A stretch of DNA of 27,427 nt from an uncultured delta proteobacterium (lineage in GTDB: Bacteria; Desulfobacterota; Zymogenia; Zymogenales; Zymogenaceae): the NCBI GenBank assembly GCA_963792965.1, contig CAWBYW010000022.1, forward strand, positions 1 to 27,427, in the 5' to 3' direction. The notes beneath the pieces are model-generated. The model did not search any database. It was not told the DNA's origin and worked only from the letters and a program-made list of their open reading frames with translations. The translations under genes were made by a program, and so were the position numbers. Position 1 is the first letter of the stretch, and every line of letters starts with the position of its first letter. Positions 1 through 6,725 of the stretch are shown here, in pieces.

Positions 1-578
1 GCGACCCGGCGCTCCTCACTGAGGCGGAAAGACCCAGGTCCGTGATCACAGACCCGAACCGGGCGGCGCACCCCTTCTCCGTGATGAACGAGTAGGAGAG
101 ACAGAACGTGCCAATCCCGGCGATATAGGCGTTGTGGCGCTCCAACCAGTTGCTGGTCGCCGGTAGCATGACGAACCGGTCGCTCCGGACGGGGGCGATG
201 GCCGCGTGCCCCGCGCGCGTGAGCTCCCCGACGACGTGATCCCTCACGGCGTTGTTGAACTCCTCGCCCCAGAAGCGCGAGGGTACCGCCTCCCTGGACG
301 GCATCCCGTCGGGCTTATTGCTGTCGGTTATCCCCTTTGAAAAGGGGAGAAAATAGTACGACGACGCTCTTTGCCCCGGCGAGCCACTCTGAAGGCAGGA
401 GGTGATGGGGGCCGATGATCCCTTCCTTCTTCAGATCCCGGTACATCGGATCATCGGCGGCCGTGAAGGCCACCAGCGGCTCCTCATAGATGGCGAGCCC
501 CGGGATCTCCGGGATGACGTTTCGCGCGTCGGTCGCCACAAAGCTCTCGATAATACCCCGTATCTCTTTTTCATCCAT
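1..578 (-). CDS. QueG (epoxyqueuosine reductase)-like Fe-S protein, copy B; frameshifted near 358; 3' end runs off the window
   Basis: ATG at 578 with a GGAGG RBS. MDEKEIRGIIESFVATDARN..YEEPLVAFTAADDP..GPHHLLPSEWLAGAKSVVV; after removing 1 base it reads YFLPFSKGITDSNKPDGMPS..SNWLERHNAYIAGIGTFCLSYSFITEKGCAARFGSVITD, collinear with the neighbouring copy at 724-1537. Confidence 0.75.
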
Positions 579-723
579 CGATGAGCCTCCTGTACGAAAT
601 TTCGTGTATCCGCCCCGAGAACGTCGCACTTCCGTCGCCTGTCTCTCGGAACAGCGTCTACCCCTTCCCCTCCGGCCCGCCTGAGCGGCCCACCGGCGGA
701 GTCCTATTATACCATGGTACGCC

Positions 724-1537
724 TTATTTCGTCTTCCTCGTCGGATTCGTTCGGGCGCACGGAACGGCGGTCTGGCACTTCCCGCAGCACAGGGAGCGTA
801 TGCCGCCGTATCTCTGTGGATATTCCGACACGACCCTCGTTACGAGAAAATCCTTGCACGCAAGATGATCCTTTTTCTCGGGCGCGATGGCCCCTACGGG
901 GCAGCGCGCAATGCAATCCCCGCAGCTTCCGTCGCCCTCAAAGAGGCAGTTTCCCTTCAAGGATGTCGCGGTGCGCGGCGTTGGATCGAGGGATAGGTCG
1001 GTGATCACGGAGCCGAATCTCCCCGCACACCCCCGCTCGGTGATGAACGAGTACGAGAGGGAAAACGTCCCCATGCCGGCGATATAAGCCGTGTGACGCT
1101 CCGACCAGTTACTTGTATCGGGCAGCATCACGAATCGCTCATCCCGCATCGGCGCGACGGCTGCGTGCCCCGCGCGCATGAGCACACCCGCGAGATGATC
1201 CCGCAGGGCGTTATTGAACGCCTCGCCCCAGTGGTAGGAAAGGTACCACTCCTTTGACGGCATGCCATCAGGTTTATTGCTGTCGGTGATCTCTCTCGTA
1301 AACGGCAGGAAGTATACGACGACGCTTCGTGCGCCCGGCAGCCATTCGTCGGGAGAGAGGTGGTGGGGGCCGATGATTCCCACCTCTTTCAACTGCCCGT
1401 AGATCGGGTCGCCCGCCGAGGCGATAGCGACGAGGGGCTCCTCGAAAGATGGTAAGGCCGGCGATCTCGGGGACGGCGTTTCGCGCGTCCGTCGCGACGA
1501 AATTTTTAATAAGGCCGGCTATCTCTTGTTCATCCAT
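724..1537 (-). CDS. QueG (epoxyqueuosine reductase)/reductive-dehalogenase-like 4Fe-4S dicluster protein, copy A; frameshift near 1446
   Basis: ORFs 1274-1546 and 724-1392 join by removing one T (ATC TTT CGA GGA becomes ATC TTC GAG GAG). Motifs SNWSERHTAYIAGMGTFSLS, GCAGRFGSVITD, C..CGDCIARCP and C..CCGKCQTAVPC. Confidence 0.8.
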
Positions 1538-1586
1538 GGCGGTCATCGGCTGTCTCGGTCATCGCGGTCGTTTCCGGCCCTTATAC

Positions 1587-2030
1587 CTATTCGCCCTTCT
1601 TGATGATCAGGTTTTCCAGGCCCATCTCCTTGAGGATCACGGGAAACATCCCGAAGGCCGGACGCACCACGGGCAGAAGCTTCATCATCGCCGTGATCTT
1701 TCCGCCCTGCTTCACCTTCCCCTTGGTCACCGCCGATATCGGGTTCTCGTGCCCGTGCCAGAAGCTGTGGGAGAAGTCGGCCGCCTGCTTTGACCAGACG
1801 TCTTCCTTGAGCTCGCACGGGCCGAGGTAGTAGTTACCGTGCATGCCGGGCTTTTTCGGCGGGTTCTTGAGGTCGATGGTAATCTCGGAATCAGGATCGG
1901 TGTAGATGAACCTGATAACGATGCCGGCCTTGCTCATCTTCGGCCCAATCTTCGGGTCGCTGAGGATCCGCTCCATGAAGTATCCGTAGATCTTATAGAG
2001 ATCATCGGCGTCTTTATAATACTTTCCCAT
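1587..2030 (-). CDS. SCP2 (sterol carrier protein-2) fold lipid-binding protein
   Basis: ATG at 2030 with an AAGGAGG RBS; 147 aa. Pattern IRFIYTDPDSEITID...AADFSHSFWHGHENPISAVTKGKVKQGGKITAMMKLLP is typical of stand-alone SCP2 domains. Confidence 0.75.
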   Translation of the reverse strand: MGKYYKDADDLYKIYGYFMERILSDPKIGPKMSKAGIVIRFIYTDPDSEITIDLKNPPKKPGMHGNYYLGPCELKEDVWSKQAADFSHSFWHGHENPISAVTKGKVKQGGKITAMMKLLPVVRPAFGMFPVILKEMGLENLIIKKGE

Positions 2031-2101
2031 AAGAGGCCTCCTTACACACGTCATACATTTTGAATAGCTGTCATTGCGAGCCGCTGTCTTTCTATCGGGG
2101 C

Positions 2102-2125
2102 CCCCACGAAGCGTGCTTCGTGGGG
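2102..2125. repeat. Perfect intergenic hairpin (REP-like or mRNA-stabilising element)
   Basis: CCCCACGAAG-CGTG-CTTCGTGGGG, a 10-bp stem just after the acyl-CoA dehydrogenase stop, with no U-tract in the direction of transcription. Confidence 0.5.
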
Positions 2126-2132
2126 TGATAGT

Positions 2133-3299
2133 TTACTTCCCTTTTCTCTGGTCAAATCTCCTGCCGAACAGCAGGCTCGCCATCGTGATCCTCAGCATCT
2201 GTACGGTGCCGCCTGCGACCCGCCAGGCCATCGCGTCGCGCGCCATTCTTTCCGCCGGGAACTCGGTGGAATAGCCGTAGCCGCCGAAGATCTGCATCGC
2301 GCTGGTCGTCACATCGACGACCATCTCGTTGGCGAAGCACTTGCCCATCGCGGCCTCATAGATCGACGGGAAGCCCCGCCCTGCCCCGCACGCCGCCCGA
2401 TAGACTAAGAGCCTGGCCGCGTCGAGCTTCATCGCCATGTCGACGATCTTGAACTGCACGTCCTGGAACTCCGCGATCGGTCGCCCGAAGGCATGGCGCT
2501 CCTGGGCGTACGCCTTGGCCGCCTCGATGGCCCCGCCCGCCGTGCCGAGGCACATGGCGGCGTTGCCGCAGCGCTCCACGTCGAACGTGGACATGAGGTT
2601 GGCAAACTCCCCCTCCTTGATGATCAGGTTCTCCTTGGGAATTTTTACGTCCTCGAAGATGAGGTCGCAGGACGGCATCCCGTGGAGCCCCATGAACTGC
2701 TCCTGCTTTCCGAAGCTGAACCCGGGGGAGCCGTTTTCGACCAGGAGCCCGCCGATCCCCTTGTAGCCGGAGATATCCCCGAGCCGGCAATAGACCATAT
2801 AGTGGCTCGCGTGGCCGCCGCCGGTGATGAAGGTCTTTCGGCCGTTGAGGATGTAGTGGTCGCCCTCGGCCACCGCCTTCGTGGTCAGAGACGTGAGGTC
2901 GGAGCCGGCCTCCGGCTCCGTCATGCAGACGGAGACAGACCCTTCACCCTTGCAGACCCGGGAGACGATCTCCTTCTTTTGCTTTTCGGATCCGTACTTG
3001 TCGATGACCCTGACCGGCCCGACGTTGCTTTCAAAGACCGGTGCGGCAATCATCGGAGAGAATTTCGCCAGCTCCTCCACGGCAAGGACGGCGTTGAGGA
3101 CGGGCTGACCGCCGCCGCCGTTCTCTTCCGAGAGGGTCATCCCCAAGAGCCCCATCTCGGCGTACTTCGGGATGAGGTGATACGGAAATTCGCCGGTTGC
3201 GTCGATCTTCTTGGCCAGCTCCTTGAAGTTCTCGCGCTCTCCCATGGTCCTGAGGGTATCGACGAGCATCTTCTGTTCGTCGGTGAGATTGAAATCCAT
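2133..3299 (-). CDS. Acyl-CoA dehydrogenase family protein
   Basis: 388 aa with MTEPEAGSD, LNGRKTFITGG, ERHAFGRPIAEFQ and QIFGGYGYSTEFPAERMARD. Confidence 0.95.
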   Translation of the reverse strand: MDFNLTDEQKMLVDTLRTMGERENFKELAKKIDATGEFPYHLIPKYAEMGLLGMTLSEENGGGGQPVLNAVLAVEELAKFSPMIAAPVFESNVGPVRVIDKYGSEKQKKEIVSRVCKGEGSVSVCMTEPEAGSDLTSLTTKAVAEGDHYILNGRKTFITGGGHASHYMVYCRLGDISGYKGIGGLLVENGSPGFSFGKQEQFMGLHGMPSCDLIFEDVKIPKENLIIKEGEFANLMSTFDVERCGNAAMCLGTAGGAIEAAKAYAQERHAFGRPIAEFQDVQFKIVDMAMKLDAARLLVYRAACGAGRGFPSIYEAAMGKCFANEMVVDVTTSAMQIFGGYGYSTEFPAERMARDAMAWRVAGGTVQMLRITMASLLFGRRFDQRKGK

Positions 3300-3318
3300 G
3301 ATTCGTCCTTTCTCTTTT

Positions 3319-4683
3319 TTAGATGAGTTTCGTTATCTCGGTCATGTCACTGACCGTTTCCAGCTTCAGGATTCGATCTATGAGAAGATCCACTTTCTTT
3401 TTATCGCGCGCGCCCGCGAATTGCCGCACCTTCTCTGCGACGTCCCGGGCCTCCATCGGATCGCGGGGGTCGCCCTTGGGGGTATCCACCTGTTTGGTGA
3501 GCTTTTGTCCGTCCTTGAGCGTGATCTGGACGCGGCTGGCGGTCTTGCCCGGGTAGAGCTTATTGAGCTCGTCGTCGTAGCTGATCGTCACTTTCTTCGT
3601 GAAGTCGATGAGGCTTTTGTCGGCAAGGCGTTTTTCCGTCAGCTGCGAGGGACCGAGCCGGCCGTCGGCAACGCATACCGACACGACGTACGGGATGGAA
3701 AATTGGGCGTTGACGAAGCTGTCGTTAAGCTTCACCTGTTTGCCGACGGCGATGACCGCGATCCCGTAGGTGAAGACCTCGACCTTTTCGACATCAGCGG
3801 GCTTGAATTTCTTTTCGGCAAGGAGGCCGAGCGTCGCCTGAGCCGAGCCGTGGGTGTGGCGGCAGGCAGTAAAGGGCTTGAAATAGATATCGAGGATCGT
3901 AAAATGCTCCCCGAGCTTGTCGGTTATCCGATCGAGGGCCGGGGGCTGGTCGGTCGTGATCTTACAGAATCCGCCGTTCAGCTGCGATCCCTCAAATACA
4001 TAGGGCATACCGGTGATGCCGCAAGCCGCGAGATACGCCGCCATGAGGCCGCTCTGGGCGGCCTTACCGCCCTGCACGACCTTGACGGTAAACCCGCCCA
4101 TGAGCTGTTCCGCCATGGAGAGAGGAAGCAGGTAGCCGGCATTGCCGAGGGCGCACAGCGTCTTCTCTTTGTCCAGGCCGATGAGCCGCGCGGCGGCGAT
4201 CGCCGCGCCGAACGTGCCGGTCGTGCCGGTGGGGAGAAAACCCGACAGGGTGTGCCGGGGATGGACCGCGGCGGCGGCGCGGTCTGCCGCCTCGTATCCC
4301 GCCGTGATCGCGGTGATGACGGCTTTGCCGTCCCTCTTGTTTTTCTCGGCAAGTCCCAGCGCCACCGGGATAACGGCCGTGCCGGGGTGGTTGCCGCCGA
4401 ACCGGAGGCCGTCCTGCGCCTCGATCGCCTCGGCGAGCACCCCGTTCATGAAGACGGCCTCGCTGATCGGCGCCGAAAAGCCGCAGCCGACGCACGTGAT
4501 GTCGCCCGGCCCGAGGGATTTGACCCAGTCGGCGACTTTCTTCACCGCGTCCAGCTCAAGCGACCCGTAGACGTTGGCGACGTAGTCCAGGACGCAGAGC
4601 TTGGCTTTCTCGACGACCTCGGCGGGAAGCCTGTCGTAGGTAAGGTCATGGCAGAAATCCGAAAGGAGCCTTGAGTATTCCAT
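3319..4683 (-). CDS. MmgE/PrpD family protein
   Basis: 454 aa with LPAEVVEKAKLCVLD, NGVLAEAIEAQDG..NHPG, AGYE, KPFTACRHTH, AQFSIPY and PKGDPRDP. Confidence 0.92.
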   Translation of the reverse strand: MEYSRLLSDFCHDLTYDRLPAEVVEKAKLCVLDYVANVYGSLELDAVKKVADWVKSLGPGDITCVGCGFSAPISEAVFMNGVLAEAIEAQDGLRFGGNHPGTAVIPVALGLAEKNKRDGKAVITAITAGYEAADRAAAAVHPRHTLSGFLPTGTTGTFGAAIAAARLIGLDKEKTLCALGNAGYLLPLSMAEQLMGGFTVKVVQGGKAAQSGLMAAYLAACGITGMPYVFEGSQLNGGFCKITTDQPPALDRITDKLGEHFTILDIYFKPFTACRHTHGSAQATLGLLAEKKFKPADVEKVEVFTYGIAVIAVGKQVKLNDSFVNAQFSIPYVVSVCVADGRLGPSQLTEKRLADKSLIDFTKKVTISYDDELNKLYPGKTASRVQITLKDGQKLTKQVDTPKGDPRDPMEARDVAEKVRQFAGARDKKKVDLLIDRILKLETVSDMTEITKLI

Positions 4684-4717
4684 GGGTTACTCCGCGATTA
4701 TATTAGTCAGGCTTTCT

Positions 4718-5518
4718 TTAAACATACCCCCTCTTCTCATAGATCTTGATCATCCGGTGCGGATCGAGAACCTCGCGCAACACCCTGATCTCCTCGGCAC
4801 GCGGGGGCTCGGTCTCGTGAATGTCCTTGGAGACCTTCAGGTCCCACGGGGTGTTGGCCTTTATTTCCTCAACCGTGCTGCCGGGATGATAGGAAAAGAG
4901 GTAGGCCACCTTGGTCTCTTCGTCAAAGCGCATGATCGCCTTGTTGGTGACGATCACGGAGGGGCCGGTGCCCTTTGGCAGTCCCCATTTCTCCCGCGCC
5001 CCCGGGCCGTCGATGTATCCGGGCGTCGTGATGAAGTCGACCTTTTCGGAGAGCCTGCGCTTGTCGTGCAGCGCGATGATGAGGACGTGCTTCACGAGCG
5101 CCCCGATCGGGTTTGCCCCGCCGCTGCCGGGCAGCCGGCTCTTTGGGGCATGGTAGTCGCCGATGACGGTGGTGTTGACGTTGCCGTATTTATCCACCTG
5201 GGAGCCGGCCAAAAATCCGACGTCGACCCACCCCTTCTGGAGAAACATCCCCATGATGTCGGTGAGGCCGCCGACGAAGGCCGCTCCCGGGTTGAGGCAC
5301 GGGTCGCCCACCGAAAGCGCCGGCCTCCGCGGTCGGGCATCGTAGACGCCGGACTCCTGCATCATCCTGGCCCCCGGCGCGTGGGTATGCTTGGCGATAT
5401 TGGCCGACATCGTTGGGAAACCGGTGCCGACGATGACCACGTCGCCGTCCTTTATCTCGCGCGCGCCGCAGCACGCCATCAGCTCGGGTTTGATATAATC
5501 GTCGGGATGGGTAGGCAT
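4718..5518 (-). CDS. Family I CoA-transferase beta subunit (glutaconate CoA-transferase GctB-like)
   Basis: AREIKDGDVVIVGTGFP, QESG (putative catalytic Glu), QVDKYGNVNTTVIGDY, RLPGSGGAN, VDFITTPG. Confidence 0.92.
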   Translation of the reverse strand: MPTHPDDYIKPELMACCGAREIKDGDVVIVGTGFPTMSANIAKHTHAPGARMMQESGVYDARPRRPALSVGDPCLNPGAAFVGGLTDIMGMFLQKGWVDVGFLAGSQVDKYGNVNTTVIGDYHAPKSRLPGSGGANPIGALVKHVLIIALHDKRRLSEKVDFITTPGYIDGPGAREKWGLPKGTGPSVIVTNKAIMRFDEETKVAYLFSYHPGSTVEEIKANTPWDLKVSKDIHETEPPRAEEIRVLREVLDPHRMIKIYEKRGYV

Positions 5519-5559
5519 TTGATGACTCCGAATAATAGAGGTACGTTATAAGAGGACAC

Positions 5560-5583
5560 GGGCGGCATATATGCCACCCCTAC
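5560..5583 (-). repeat. GTAG-family REP-like palindrome
   Basis: Minus strand reads GTAG-GGGTGGCAT-AT-ATGCCGCCC: a GTAG tetramer followed by an imperfect GC-rich palindrome, in the ~200-bp gap between the two CoA-transferase genes. Confidence 0.6.
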
Positions 5584-5723
5584 GGCTTTTAACCCATACG
5601 GCCGTGATACACCGCGCCCGTCTTTTGAACCTCTTCTCTTTATATACCCCGGTTCCGTATCAGTCTTTCGGGCCTCTATTGCACCGGGTTTGCTCCTGCG
5701 CGCCGCAGCGGTATCTTGGCTCA

Positions 5724-6659
5724 CTAATACTCGTAGCTGACAGGATAGCTGTAGCCGAACCGGGCCTGCAGGCGCCGAAACTGCGCCCATCCGAACTTCT
5801 TGATGTAGTGGTCGATATAGTCGGCCCGGTCCTTCGTGCCCAACACCCACTCGTCAACGAACTCCTTGAAGCCCTCCGGTGTGTCCGAGGCCTTCTGGTA
5901 GAGGGCCCCAAAGGCAAAATCGACGTCGTAGAAGCCCGGCGTATACCCCGGGTGCGACGCGAAGGGCTCCTCCACCACGGCGACCACCTTGAAGTCCGGC
6001 ACGATCGTCCGGGAAGGGTCAAGGCCGATCACCTCGCGGGAGACGATTCGCTCGGCGCTGACGATCACCTTTTTGCTCGCGTTTGCCCCCCATTTGCAGT
6101 CGCCGCCGATGCCCCAGATCTGGGCGTTCCCCTCTTCGTCGGCCTGCTGGACGTGGATGATCGCCACGTCGGGGACCAGCGCCGGCACCAGCAGCACCGG
6201 CGTCCCGTCAAAAGGGCTCTCGATCATCTTGTACTTGTTTTCCCCCATGAACGACTTGATGTTCAAGAGATCGGTGCCCACCATGTCCTTGACGGGGACA
6301 AAAGGCATCCCCATAGCGCCGGCCATGAGCATCATCGGCAGCGACAGGTTTGAGTATTCCTCCACCTCGATCTTGTGGGGGATCCCCTTCTCGATGGACC
6401 TGCGGTAGCAGCGCCCCAGCCCATAGATCCCGAGCGAGAGGAAAGTGGCGATGAATCGCTTGACACAGCCCGTCCCGATCAACATGTCAAAATCGTCGGC
6501 GGCGTTGCTCCGCGTGATCGTGAGGTCCTTCTTTCCCTGTCTGATGATCTCGTGCACGGCCGAGAAAGGGGTGCGGCAGATGTAGCCGCCGATAAAGAGA
6601 AAGTCGCCGTCCTTGACGTGCTGGGCGACGGCCTCCTTCATCGTGGTGAGCTTCGTCAT
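5724..6659 (-). CDS. Family I CoA-transferase alpha subunit (glutaconate CoA-transferase GctA-like)
   Basis: MKEAVAQHVKDGD, HEIIRQGKKDL, AGAMGMPFVP, PDVAIIHVQQADEEGNAQIWG, VIVSAERIV. Confidence 0.92.
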   Translation of the reverse strand: MTKLTTMKEAVAQHVKDGDFLFIGGYICRTPFSAVHEIIRQGKKDLTITRSNAADDFDMLIGTGCVKRFIATFLSLGIYGLGRCYRRSIEKGIPHKIEVEEYSNLSLPMMLMAGAMGMPFVPVKDMVGTDLLNIKSFMGENKYKMIESPFDGTPVLLVPALVPDVAIIHVQQADEEGNAQIWGIGGDCKWGANASKKVIVSAERIVSREVIGLDPSRTIVPDFKVVAVVEEPFASHPGYTPGFYDVDFAFGALYQKASDTPEGFKEFVDEWVLGTKDRADYIDHYIKKFGWAQFRRLQARFGYSYPVSYEY

Positions 6660-6725
6660 GGGTCAACCCGGTAAAAAATAGATCTGTCTTCTATTGTGCA
6701 GGCACACGTGAGGGTCGCCTGCACG

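Noticed and set aside
724-1537. QueG-like proteins as the missing GRE activase or as respiratory reductive dehalogenases
   Set aside because: No radical-SAM CxxxCxxC motif; too short for RdhA, with no Tat signal and no rdhB anchor gene.
3211-4674. 487-aa plus-strand ORF, and similar ORFs at 2493-3326, 4682-5551 and 5571-6353
   Set aside because: Antisense to well-supported PrpD, ACAD and CoA-transferase genes.
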